A program made the translations under genes and the position numbers. 64,000 nucleotides of DNA. Origin: Actinomycetes bacterium (GTDB lineage Bacteria; Actinomycetota; CALGFH01). How positions within the stretch are numbered: the first letter of the stretch is position 1; the number at the start of each line of letters is the position of its first letter. Of the stretch, positions 27,826 to 36,080 are shown piece by piece. The notes under the pieces were generated by a model. It did not search any database and was not told where the DNA came from. It saw nothing but the letters and a program-made list of their open reading frames with translations. The DNA is taken from assembly GCA_036377075.1 (NCBI GenBank), contig DASUZB010000143.1, forward strand, positions 15,577 to 79,576, read 5' to 3'.

Positions 27826-29568
27826 TCAGCGCGCCCGGCTCAGCACCGCCACCGCCGCGCGGGAGAACTCCGGGGTGAAGTCGCCGTTGCCGGCGCCGGC
27901 GCGGGCGATGCGGAGCAGGTCGGCGATCTCGAGCCGGCGGCGCTCGCCGCGCAGTGAGGCCAGGTTGGCCAGCCGGCCCCGGTAGGTGCGCCCGCGCGGG
28001 CCGACCCTGCTCGGTGCCGCGTCGATCACCGCGATCAGGTCGCTCACGGTGACCGGGTCGCTGCCGTTGGACACCACCAGGTCGACCGCCTGGCCCTGGC
28101 GCAGGGTGGCGCCGGCCGGCGGGTTGGTCTCCAGCACCTGGCCCTTGCCGACCTGGGGGTTGCGTACCAGCCGCAGCTTGCCGACGGTGGCGCCGGCCGC
28201 CCGCAGCCGCTGCACGGCCTCGGCCCGTGCCGCGCCGGCCACCGGCGGCACCTGGAGCGGCGCCGGCGTGGTCGGCGCCGGGGCGGTCGTCGCGCCGGTG
28301 CTGGCCGTCGGCAGGGTGGCGTCCGCGGCCCTGCCGGCGCCGACGTCGAAGACCAGCCCGGGCGCGACCAGCCCGATGGACGCCGCCACCACGATCGCCA
28401 GGCCCACGGCGATGGTCGCCAGCGCCAGCCGGTTCCGCCGCCGCGGCGGCTCGGCGAACCTGGTCAGGGCGCGCACCCGCTCCTCGTGCGGCGGCAGCCC
28501 GTCCAGCCCCGTCGGCGGCATGCCCAGCGGCGGCACCACCATGCCCGGCAAGGTCGGGATCGTGCCGGCCTCGTCCCCTCGCGCCGGCGCCGAATCGGGC
28601 TCGTCCTCGCCGGCGACCGCCCTGGCCGGTCCGCGCGGGCCGACCGCCGCCTCCGCGACGGCGGTGCCCACCGGCACGACGGGTTCACCGGCGGCCGCGT
28701 GTTCCGGCGGGCCGGTGGCGACCGGCTCGTCCACCCCCACCGGCACGGCCGGCACCACCGGCTGCGTGGCCGGGTCGGGGAGCTGGGCGAGGGCGTGGCG
28801 CAGCTCGGCGGCGGTCTGCGGGCGCTCGGCGGGGTGCTTGGCGAGCGCCCACATGACCGGCTCGTCCAGCCAGGCGGGCAGCTCCGGGCGGACCGTGCTC
28901 GGAGGGCGCGGGGACTCCTCGAGGTGGCGGCGCATCACCACGAACGGGGTCGGGCCGTCGAACGGCGGCTCGCCGGTGAGCAGCTCGAACAGGCAGCACC
29001 CGAGCGCGTAGAGGTCGGAGCGGTCGTCGGCGCGGCCGCTCTGGACCTGCTCGGGAGACAGGTAGGCGGCCGCCCGGTGACCCTGGGCCACCAGCGCGGC
29101 AAGGCCGAAGTCGGCGACCTGCACGAGGCCGTCCGGCCGCAGCCTGACCTTGCCCGGGGTGAGGCCGCCGTGGACCAGCCCTTGGGCGTGCGCCGCGCCG
29201 AGCGCCGCGCAGACCTGCGCGGCGACCTCGACCGCCCTTGCCGCCGGCGCGGGCCCCGCCGTGCGCTGCAGTTCGCGCACGGTGCGGCCCTCGACCAGCT
29301 CCATCACCACGAACGGCACGCCCTGGTCCTCGCCGAGGCCGAGCACGGCGACGACGTTCGGATGGTCGAGGCGCGCCGCCTCCCGGGCCGCGCGCAGGAA
29401 GCCGGCGCGCGCGCCCGCGTCCTCCGCGAGCTGCGCGTGCGCCACCCGCAGCGCCACGCGACCGGCGTTGTGCGTATCGGCGGCCTCGAACACCTGCCCG
29501 AGCGCGCTCGCCCCCAGCGGCCGGCCGAGCTGGTACCGGCCCGCGAGCAGCCTGCCTCCAGCCTCCAT
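27826..29568 (-). CDS. membrane Ser/Thr-kinase-fold pseudokinase with an extracellular PASTA domain and an unassigned C-terminal domain
   Basis: Hanks fold, but VALR replaces VAIK and HGGLTPGK replaces HRDLKPxN, while DFG, SPE and the later subdomains are retained. One TM segment (LALATIAVGLAIVVAASIGLV). PASTA-like VAGAARAEAVQRLRAAG...VDLVVSNG. Confidence 0.8.
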   Translation of the reverse strand: MEAGGRLLAGRYQLGRPLGASALGQVFEAADTHNAGRVALRVAHAQLAEDAGARAGFLRAAREAARLDHPNVVAVLGLGEDQGVPFVVMELVEGRTVRELQRTAGPAPAARAVEVAAQVCAALGAAHAQGLVHGGLTPGKVRLRPDGLVQVADFGLAALVAQGHRAAAYLSPEQVQSGRADDRSDLYALGCCLFELLTGEPPFDGPTPFVVMRRHLEESPRPPSTVRPELPAWLDEPVMWALAKHPAERPQTAAELRHALAQLPDPATQPVVPAVPVGVDEPVATGPPEHAAAGEPVVPVGTAVAEAAVGPRGPARAVAGEDEPDSAPARGDEAGTIPTLPGMVVPPLGMPPTGLDGLPPHEERVRALTRFAEPPRRRNRLALATIAVGLAIVVAASIGLVAPGLVFDVGAGRAADATLPTASTGATTAPAPTTPAPLQVPPVAGAARAEAVQRLRAAGATVGKLRLVRNPQVGKGQVLETNPPAGATLRQGQAVDLVVSNGSDPVTVSDLIAVIDAAPSRVGPRGRTYRGRLANLASLRGERRRLEIADLLRIARAGAGNGDFTPEFSRAAVAVLSRAR

Positions 29569-29659
29569 GACCCGTTCCCCCTGGCATGGATCATCCCTTC
29601 CGCGGCATTGCATACGGGACGGCCACGCCCCAGGGTTCAGGCGCGCAGGAATTCCCTCG

Positions 29660-30460
29660 TCACTTGCCGGGGCCGGGGCGCAGCACGATCGGGCCTTCCC
29701 GCGCCGGGTTGCCGTTGTCCGGCTCCTCGGTCACCCCGACCTTCGCGTAGATGCTCGCCGGTGCGGCGGTGAACGCGTGCAGCCGCACCTTGCCGCTGAC
29801 CGGCACGGTGAAGGTGCCGAGCGAGACGCGCTGGGGGTGGTCGGGGGTGTCGGCGGCGCCCACCGCCCAGAGCTCGTACAGCTTGCCCGCCTTGGGCGGC
29901 CGGAGGCCCTCGATGCGCACGTCGAAGCTGCGCCCACCGCTGGTCTTCGTCACCAGCACGCGCCCCTTCGCCGTGCCCCCGTCCGCCGCGACCAGGGCCA
30001 GCTCGGTGGTCGCCGGCCGGTTCAGCAGCAGCGTCGCCGGGATGGACAGCAGCACCACCAGCGCTGCCGCCACGGCCGTGGCCAGCAGGGGCCGCCGCCC
30101 GAGGGCGGCGAACCGGCCGCGTGCCTGGCGGCGGCGTTCCAGCTCGGTGGGGCGCGCCCCGGCCGGCGTCACCAGCTCGGGCGCCGCCCGCAGCCCTGGC
30201 GAGGGCAGCTCCCCTGCCTCGGCCGCTTCCTCGGCGGCCTCGCGCACCGCCGCCAGCGTGCGCCCGCGTAGCGTCTCGGGCAGCTGCACCGGCGGCGCGG
30301 CCCGCGCCAGCAGCTCGGGCAGCCCGCGCAGCTCCTCCAGCTCGCGGCGGCAGTCGTCGCACTCGGCCAGGTGCGCCTCGAACGCGACCGTCTCGTCGTC
30401 GTCGAGCTTGCCGAGCGCGTAGCCGGCCACCTCGACGTGAGGCGCGGCATTGTCAGGCAT
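29660..30460 (-). CDS. anti-sigma factor (zf-HC2 N-terminus, RskA-like extracytoplasmic domain)
   Basis: HLAECDDCRRELEEL, one TM segment, C-terminal YELWAV...TEEP. The start overlaps the sigma gene stop by 8 nt. Confidence 0.8.
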   Translation of the reverse strand: MPDNAAPHVEVAGYALGKLDDDETVAFEAHLAECDDCRRELEELRGLPELLARAAPPVQLPETLRGRTLAAVREAAEEAAEAGELPSPGLRAAPELVTPAGARPTELERRRQARGRFAALGRRPLLATAVAAALVVLLSIPATLLLNRPATTELALVAADGGTAKGRVLVTKTSGGRSFDVRIEGLRPPKAGKLYELWAVGAADTPDHPQRVSLGTFTVPVSGKVRLHAFTAAPASIYAKVGVTEEPDNGNPAREGPIVLRPGPGK

Positions 30461-31016
30461 GCACCTCACGCTCCTCCAAGGCTTGCTTGAGCGCCCGCAT
30501 GCCGTAGAAGGCACGCGTCTTCACCGTTCCCAACGGTACCCCTAACCGCTCTGCTGCCTGCACCTGGGTCAGGTCCTGCAGGTGCAACAGCTCGAGCACC
30601 TCCCGCTGGCCGTCGGGCAGCGAGTCGAGCGCCTCCCGGACGCTCAGCCCCACCAGGATCCGGTCGACCGAGTCGCCGGTCTGCTCGCCGGCGGTGCGCT
30701 CGTCCTCGACCGCCTCGGCGAACGGGCGCGAGGAGGGGCGGCGCCACAGGTCCACCGCGATGCGGCGGGCGATGGCGAACGCGAAGCTGCTCACCGAGCC
30801 GCGCTCCGGGTCGTACCTCCCGGCCGTGCGCCACAACCGTACGAACGTCTCCTGCACCAATTCCTCCGCCAAACCGGTGTCGCCGAGAAGCCGAACGCCG
30901 AGCCCGTAGAGGCGACCGGCGTAGCGGTCGTAGAGCTCCTCGAGGGGGGAACCGAGGTCTCCCTCGGCGACTCGGGCGAGCAGCGTAGCGTCTTCGTCGT
31001 GCTTGTCATCGCTCAT
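30453..31016 (-). CDS. ECF (group IV) sigma-70 factor
   Basis: Region 2 (LVQETFVRLWR...FAFAIARRIAVDLWRR) and region 4 (REVLELLHLQDLTQVQAAERLGVPLGTVKTR). Confidence 0.9.
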   Translation of the reverse strand: MSDDKHDEDATLLARVAEGDLGSPLEELYDRYAGRLYGLGVRLLGDTGLAEELVQETFVRLWRTAGRYDPERGSVSSFAFAIARRIAVDLWRRPSSRPFAEAVEDERTAGEQTGDSVDRILVGLSVREALDSLPDGQREVLELLHLQDLTQVQAAERLGVPLGTVKTRAFYGMRALKQALEEREVHA

Positions 31017-31149
31017 GTACGAGGGAAGCTACCGAAACGGTTCATCCCTCACCAGCGGTGGTTGGGGGCTCCAACGCCGACTTCCACGTTCTTCCCTGGT
31101 GGGCGGCCTCGCCACCCGGCAATGGTGCGGACCGCGCCGGCCCGGCGGC

Positions 31150-31536
31150 TCAGCGCGGCGGGTCGTCGAGCGGCGCTCGGCCGGCGAAGCCGTCCTCCGG
31201 CCAGTGCCACCAGTTCACCTCGGGCTCGTCGGGAAGCCAGCACAGCCAGTAGGGACGGCCGCTCGGCGAGATCGCCGGGAAGTCCAGCAGCCCGCTGTCG
31301 AGGTCACGCAGCACGACGTGCTCGCGGGTCAGCTCCTCGACCGCCGCCGCCAGCTCGGCGCCGGCCGGCCCCGCCGGCGCGTGGCCGTTGCCGCGCGCCT
31401 GCGCGCCCGCCCGCTCGCGCCCACCCCTGGCGCGGGCGGCCAGCTCGCGGATCCGCTCGACCAGCGCGCGCACCCGCGGCAGCGCGGCGTTGGCCTCCTC
31501 GACCGTCCAGTAGCTACCGCGCGCCTCGTCGTCCAT
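31150..31536 (-). CDS. DUF2203-family protein
   Basis: YWTVEEANAALPRVRALVERI...VVLRDLDSGLLDFP...YWLCW. The start overlaps the upstream MarR gene by 23 nt. Confidence 0.65.
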   Translation of the reverse strand: MDDEARGSYWTVEEANAALPRVRALVERIRELAARARGGRERAGAQARGNGHAPAGPAGAELAAAVEELTREHVVLRDLDSGLLDFPAISPSGRPYWLCWLPDEPEVNWWHWPEDGFAGRAPLDDPPR

Positions 31537-32050
31537 GCGATCGAGCCTCCACGGACGTGAGGCAGGGCTGCTCGCCGGGGTAGCCGTTGCCTTCGAGGAC
31601 CTTGGCGAGCGCCGTGCGAACGCACTCCATGTCCTCCACGGAGAGGTGTCGGGCGAAGTGCTCCTGGACCACCGGGGTGCAGGCCGGCGCGCCGCGGCGC
31701 AGGGCCTGGGTGCCGAGCTCGGTGAGCTTGGCGTAGGTGAGGCGCCGGTCGCTGACGCACGACTCCCGGATGACCAGGCCGAGCTCCTCGAGCCGGTCGA
31801 CCAGCTGGGTGACGCCGCTCTTGCTGACCCGCAGCTGCCTGGTGATGTCGACCATGCGGAGCCTGGCGTCGGGAGCGTCGTTGAGGCGGAAGAGGACCTC
31901 GTACTGGGCGAGCGAGAGGCCCGCCTCGGCCCGCAGCCGCTTCTCCATCGCCTCGGTGATGACGCGGTTGGTGTTGAGCACGGCGTTCATGGTGCTCAGC
32001 GCGACGTCGTGCGGCTCCATGGGAGCGAGTCTAGCACGCCGAGTTGACAT
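31514..32050 (-). CDS. MarR-family transcriptional regulator
   Basis: LSLAQYEVLFRLN...MVDITRQLRVSKSGVTQLVDRLEELGLVIRESCVSDRR. The start could be 32050 or 32020. Confidence 0.85.
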   Translation of the reverse strand: MSTRRARLAPMEPHDVALSTMNAVLNTNRVITEAMEKRLRAEAGLSLAQYEVLFRLNDAPDARLRMVDITRQLRVSKSGVTQLVDRLEELGLVIRESCVSDRRLTYAKLTELGTQALRRGAPACTPVVQEHFARHLSVEDMECVRTALAKVLEGNGYPGEQPCLTSVEARSHGRRGAR

Positions 32051-32199
32051 ATCGACTGTTCGCTTCTTAACGTTCCGTGGTGCAACGTTCAGTAGCGTAC
32101 GGTCGTGGCCAGGACGGTCGCCGACCGAACGTCGAGCCGCAGGGTAATCGTGGCGGGCGTAGGGGAGTCGTCCTGGCCTGCCGAGGAGGCGAGGTTGGC

Positions 32200-32631
32200 A
32201 TGAGTGCGGCAGCTGGTTTGGTGGTCCTGCTCGGGCGGATCCTGTTCGCGGTCTTCTTCGGCTGGGAGGCCGGGCGCGCCCACGTGCGCTTCGGCGCGAT
32301 GTTCGAGGGAGGGGCGCGCGCCGCCGGCTTCCCCGCCCCGTTCCTGGCGGGCCGGCCCGCGGGAATCTGGCTGCTGGTGGGGTCGCTCTCGGTGGCGCTC
32401 GGCGTCTGGCCGGACGTCGGCGCCCTCATGGTGGCGGTGTTCGTGATCCTCGCCGCGGCCTGGTTCCACCGCTTCTGGGTGATCGAGAACGAGGAGCAGA
32501 AGCGGATGCAGAGCCAGCTCTTCTGGCGCAACGCGATCGCGCTGTCGACCTCGCTGATCATGTTCGGGTCCTTCGCAGCCTTCGGCCCCGAACTGCGCTT
32601 CTCGATCACCGGCCCCCTGTTTCGGTTCTAG
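32200..32631 (+). CDS. DoxX-family membrane protein
   Basis: GAGGAGG RBS. LGRILFAVFFGWEAG...AAWFHRFW. Four TM segments. Divergent from the MarR gene. Confidence 0.7.
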   Translation: MSAAAGLVVLLGRILFAVFFGWEAGRAHVRFGAMFEGGARAAGFPAPFLAGRPAGIWLLVGSLSVALGVWPDVGALMVAVFVILAAAWFHRFWVIENEEQKRMQSQLFWRNAIALSTSLIMFGSFAAFGPELRFSITGPLFRF

Positions 32632-32650
32632 CCGGGGGGAGCCCCCGCAG

Positions 32651-34237
32651 TCAGCAGGAGCGGCCGTCCTTGGAGGTGGCGACGATCGGGTTGGTGGGCG
32701 GGGTGGCGTCGCTGAGGGGCGGCGCGCTCGCCGAGAGGCGGCCGAAGTTCTGGGTGGCCCATGCCCTGCCGCCGGCGCAGACCACGCCGATGCCGATGGT
32801 GTCGAAGCCCGGCTGGAGCAGGTTGCGCCGGTGCCCCTCCGAGCGCATCCAGCCGACGTGGAGCTCGTAGCCGTCGTCGTCGTAGCCGCTCACCCAGGCG
32901 ATGTTCTCGCCCAGCGCGGAGAACTGCCCGATCCCCGGCCGGCTGCGCGCCGCGTCCAGGTCGCGGTGGACGAAGCGGCCGCTACCGGCCATCTGGCTCG
33001 ACCAGTCGGTCGCCAGCCTGGCCAGGTCGTCGCTCCATTCCAGGGGAGCGAGGCCGCGCCTGGCGCGCTCGGCGTTGACGCGGCGGAACAGGTCCTGCGC
33101 GATCGCTTCCGCGGTGGTCGTCGGGCGCTCGGGTGCGTCCCGCACCGAGACGGGCTGCTCGCGGGCCGGCTGCGGCAGCGGCCCGCCGCCGGAGGGCGCC
33201 GCCGGCTTGGAGGCCGACGCCGGCGGGGTCGCCCGGGCGAACAGCACCGTGACCCACAGGCAGTTGCCGCTCACGGTGCCCAGGCCCAGGCCGTTGAGGG
33301 TGGGGGAGAGGATCAGCTGCCGGTAGGTGGCCGAGGCGATCATGCGCTGGTACGCCTGGTCGATGTTGCTGGCGCAGTCGACGTACTGGCTGACCGAGGT
33401 GGCCGGTCGGGCGCTGGCCGCGATGCCAGGGTCGGGGTGGATGCGCTTCTGGCGGGCCATCTCGGCGGCGTGCGCCGTGGCCACCGCGTTGAGGCGGCGC
33501 AGCACCCGCATGCCGGGCAGGCCGTTGCGCGCCCGCTCCCGGTTGACGAGGGTCACCAGGCGGTCGAGGTCGCCCGGCTGCACCGCGGCGGCCGCCGGAC
33601 GCTTGACCGCGTCCTGGGCGGTCTTGCGCGGCAGGACGCGGCCGGGGCCGGCCGTGAGGAGCAGCAGCAGGCTGACGATCAGCGGGATGGCGATGAGCAT
33701 CGCCGTGCGGCCGTTGCCCCGCAGGCGGGCGACGGGCGCGCCGAGCCGGGCGTAGGCCGGCGTGGCCGCCAGGCGCTCGGCGCGGGAGGGGGGCGCCAGC
33801 TCCAGCGCCTTGCTCTTGATCGGCTGCACCCCCCAGAGCTCGCTCAGGGGGGGAGCGGCGCCCGCCGAAGGGTCGTCCGCTTGGAGGGAGCCACTGGCCG
33901 GCTGGACGCCCCATGCCTGGCTCGGTGACGGGTCGGCGGTCCATGGCTGGCTGGGCGGTGGCTCCTCGCTCCACGGCTGGCTGGGGGACGGGTCGACGCC
34001 CCACGGCCTGCTGGGGGCGTTGCCGCCATCCCATGGCCCGGTCGGGAAGAGCTCGTCGTCCTGGTGGCCGTTGTGGGGCTGGCCGTTGCGGGCCGTGCCC
34101 TGGAAGCGCTCGCCGTTCCAGGGGAACGGCTGCCCTGCCTCGGGGTCCTGCGCGTCCGCTGCCGGGTCGGGCGTCCAGCCGGTAGGCCGGCGCCGCGGCT
34201 CGCTCCAGCCGCCGCTGTTCGGGTGCGGGCCTCGCAC
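32651..34237 (-). CDS. membrane-anchored protein with two CAP/SCP (PR-1-like) domains and a Pro/Trp-rich N-terminus
   Basis: Two copies of the RERARNGLP.../HRRNLL-type CAP blocks (LVNRERARNGLPGMR and RVNAERARRGLAPLEW...GHRRNLLQPGFD). One TM segment. GTG start. Confidence 0.8.
   Translation of the reverse strand: MRGPHPNSGGWSEPRRRPTGWTPDPAADAQDPEAGQPFPWNGERFQGTARNGQPHNGHQDDELFPTGPWDGGNAPSRPWGVDPSPSQPWSEEPPPSQPWTADPSPSQAWGVQPASGSLQADDPSAGAAPPLSELWGVQPIKSKALELAPPSRAERLAATPAYARLGAPVARLRGNGRTAMLIAIPLIVSLLLLLTAGPGRVLPRKTAQDAVKRPAAAAVQPGDLDRLVTLVNRERARNGLPGMRVLRRLNAVATAHAAEMARQKRIHPDPGIAASARPATSVSQYVDCASNIDQAYQRMIASATYRQLILSPTLNGLGLGTVSGNCLWVTVLFARATPPASASKPAAPSGGGPLPQPAREQPVSVRDAPERPTTTAEAIAQDLFRRVNAERARRGLAPLEWSDDLARLATDWSSQMAGSGRFVHRDLDAARSRPGIGQFSALGENIAWVSGYDDDGYELHVGWMRSEGHRRNLLQPGFDTIGIGVVCAGGRAWATQNFGRLSASAPPLSDATPPTNPIVATSKDGRSC
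33908..34042 (-). repeat. tandem coding repeat (about 11-aa units ending PSQPW / PSRPW / PSQAW)
   Basis: TGPWDGGNAPSRPWGVDPSPSQPWSEEPPPSQPWTADPSPSQAWG within the CAP protein N-terminus. Confidence 0.6.
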
Positions 34238-34457
34238 GCTGGTTCAGCTCCTGGTGGGACTGGCGAGACGCTGCCGCGCCGACGGCTTGCGAGGGTGGGG
34301 GACGCCAAAACGACGCGACCTGGTCAGATTGTCTCCTAAGGTTCCCTCGCGCAGCCATTGGGTGTCAAAGCGGGCAACGCCGAACGTCCCGGAGCGGACG
34401 AGCCGCCCGCGGCAATTGGCTGGCGCCCCGATTGGGCGGCTGGGAGCATGGCGGCTC

Positions 34458-35765
34458 GTGGAGGAGCGGACGCGGCCGAGGGGCCGCCGCTGGTCGGGCT
34501 GGCTGCGGCTGGCGACCGTCGAGCTTGGTCCGCTGCGCAAGCACCGGGACTTCCGGCTGCTGTCCGTGGGGCAGATGGTGAGCTTCACGGGCAGCATGAT
34601 CACCTACGTCGCCATCCCGTTCCAGGTCTACCAGCTCACCCGTTCGTCGCTCCTGGTCGGCCTGCTCGGGGTCGCCGAGCTGGCGCCGCTGCTGGCCACC
34701 GGCCTGCTCGGCGGGGCGCTGGCCGACGCCCGCGACCGGCGCCGCATGGTCCAGCTCACCGAGCTCGGCCTGGCCCTGCTCTCGGCCGTGCTGGTGGCCA
34801 ACGCGCTGGCCGGGCGTCCGCGGGTCTGGGTCCTGTTCGTGGTCGCGTCGCTGGCCGCGGCGCTCGACGGGCTGCAGCGCCCCTCGCTCGACGCGCTCCT
34901 GCCGCGGCTGGTCCCGCGCGAGGAGATGGCGGCCGCCACGGCGCTCGCCTCGCTGCGCATGTCGCTCGGGATGGTCGGCGGGCCGGCCCTCGGCGGCCTG
35001 CTGGTGGCGCGCTTCGGGCTGGCGGCGACCTACGCGGTGGACGTGGTCAGCTTCGGGTTCTCCCTGGCGCTGCTGCGGCTGATGCGGGCCGTGCCGCCGC
35101 CCCCGGACGCCGGCCCGCCGAGCCTGCGGGGGGTGGTCGAGGGCCTGCGCTACGCGCGCAGCCGGCAGGAGCTGCTCGGCACCTACGTGGTGGACGTCGT
35201 GGCGATGGTCTTCGGCATGCCGCAGGCGCTGTTCCCGGCGATCGCCACCCGCTACGGGGGCGCCGGCGTGCTGGGCCTGCTCTACGCGGCGCCGTCGGTC
35301 GGCGCGCTGCTGGCGAACGCGACCAGCGGCTGGACCGGCCGGGTCCAGCGGCACGGTCGGGCCATCCTGGTCGCGGCGGCCGTCTGGGGTGCCGCGATCG
35401 CCGCGTTCGGGCTGGCGGGGCGGCTGTGGCTCGCGCTGGCCCTGCTGGGCCTCGCCGGCGCCGCCGACATGGTCAGCGGCATCTTCCGCGCGGTCATCTG
35501 GAACCAGACCATCCCGGACCACCTCCGCGGCCGGCTGGCCGGGATCGAGCTGCTGAGCTACACCACCGGCCCGCTGCTCGGCAACGTCGAGGCCGGGTCG
35601 GTCGCCGCGCTCGTCGGGGTGCGCGCCTCGGTGGTGTCGGGCGGGTTGCTGAGCGTCGTCGGGGTGGTGCTGGTGGCGCTCGCCATGCCGCTGTTCCGCG
35701 GCTACGACGCCCGCGGGCTCGGCGGGGCGGCGCCGCGCGACCGGGCTGAGGCCGGCGCCCCGTAG
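34458..35765 (+). CDS. MFS transporter (MFS_3 / EntS-like)
   Basis: FRLLSVGQMVSFTGSMITYVAIPFQVY...GGALADARDRRRM, about 12 TM segments. The start is tentative (in-frame GTG at 34458). The longer ORF upstream is an antisense shadow. Confidence 0.8.
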   Translation: MEERTRPRGRRWSGWLRLATVELGPLRKHRDFRLLSVGQMVSFTGSMITYVAIPFQVYQLTRSSLLVGLLGVAELAPLLATGLLGGALADARDRRRMVQLTELGLALLSAVLVANALAGRPRVWVLFVVASLAAALDGLQRPSLDALLPRLVPREEMAAATALASLRMSLGMVGGPALGGLLVARFGLAATYAVDVVSFGFSLALLRLMRAVPPPPDAGPPSLRGVVEGLRYARSRQELLGTYVVDVVAMVFGMPQALFPAIATRYGGAGVLGLLYAAPSVGALLANATSGWTGRVQRHGRAILVAAAVWGAAIAAFGLAGRLWLALALLGLAGAADMVSGIFRAVIWNQTIPDHLRGRLAGIELLSYTTGPLLGNVEAGSVAALVGVRASVVSGGLLSVVGVVLVALAMPLFRGYDARGLGGAAPRDRAEAGAP

Positions 35766-35782
35766 GCCGAGGCCCGCCGCGC

Positions 35783-35905
35783 TCAGCAGCGGGCGCCGGT
35801 GTGGCGCGCCACCGAGGCCGCGCCCGGGTGGCTGAACTGGGTCGACCCCGTCCAGGTCCGCAGCCAGGCCAGGGTGCTCGCGAGGGGAAGGCGGTTCCGG
35901 CTCAT
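35783..35905 (-). CDS. small hypothetical protein (40 aa, MSRNRLPLASTLAWLRTWTGSTQFSHPGAASVARHTGARC)
   Basis: AAGGAG lies 5 nt upstream of the ATG (35903-35905). High GC3. No homology was recognised. Confidence 0.35.
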   Translation of the reverse strand: MSRNRLPLASTLAWLRTWTGSTQFSHPGAASVARHTGARC

Positions 35906-35963
35906 CTCGTCTCCTTCGGTAGCAGGCCAACGAACCTCCGTGACCAACGACTCCAGTATACCG

Positions 35964-36026
35964 AGCTTGTCACCAACAAACAAGCTTCGGTGGTGATTTT
36001 CTGGTCGAGATCAGCTTGTTTGTCAC
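35964..36026. promoter_or_regulatory. 11-bp inverted repeat in an A/T-rich divergent intergenic region
   Basis: ACAAACAAGCT (35976-35986) pairs with AGCTTGTTTGT (36013-36023). A third partial copy, AGCTTGT, is at 35964-35970. Confidence 0.4.
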
Positions 36027-36080
36027 TTGCTGATGGACTAAGTTGGTGATGGTCATGACCGTGCAGGATCGAGGGACCCG

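Noticed and set aside
22031-27985. Long ORFs overlapping the type VII block: plus strand 22031..25675 and 25781..27985, and minus strand 23910..27806.
   Set aside because: They are low-complexity Arg/Gly/Pro translations opposite to, or out of frame with, the EccC and YukD-ParA genes. Those genes carry the real motifs.
31018-31044. ECF-type promoter-like motif TGAACC-N17-CGTA on the minus strand, upstream of the first ECF sigma gene.
   Set aside because: The -10-like CGTA abuts the ATG with only 1 nt between them. A transcript initiated from it would start within or after the start codon, so it is probably a chance match. It would be worth revisiting only if the true start codon lies downstream.
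33762-34457. Long N-terminal extension of the MFS transporter ORF.
   Set aside because: It overlaps the CAP-domain gene on the other strand and translates to low-complexity sequence. MFS TM1 begins after about 34500, so an internal GTG start (34458) is preferred.
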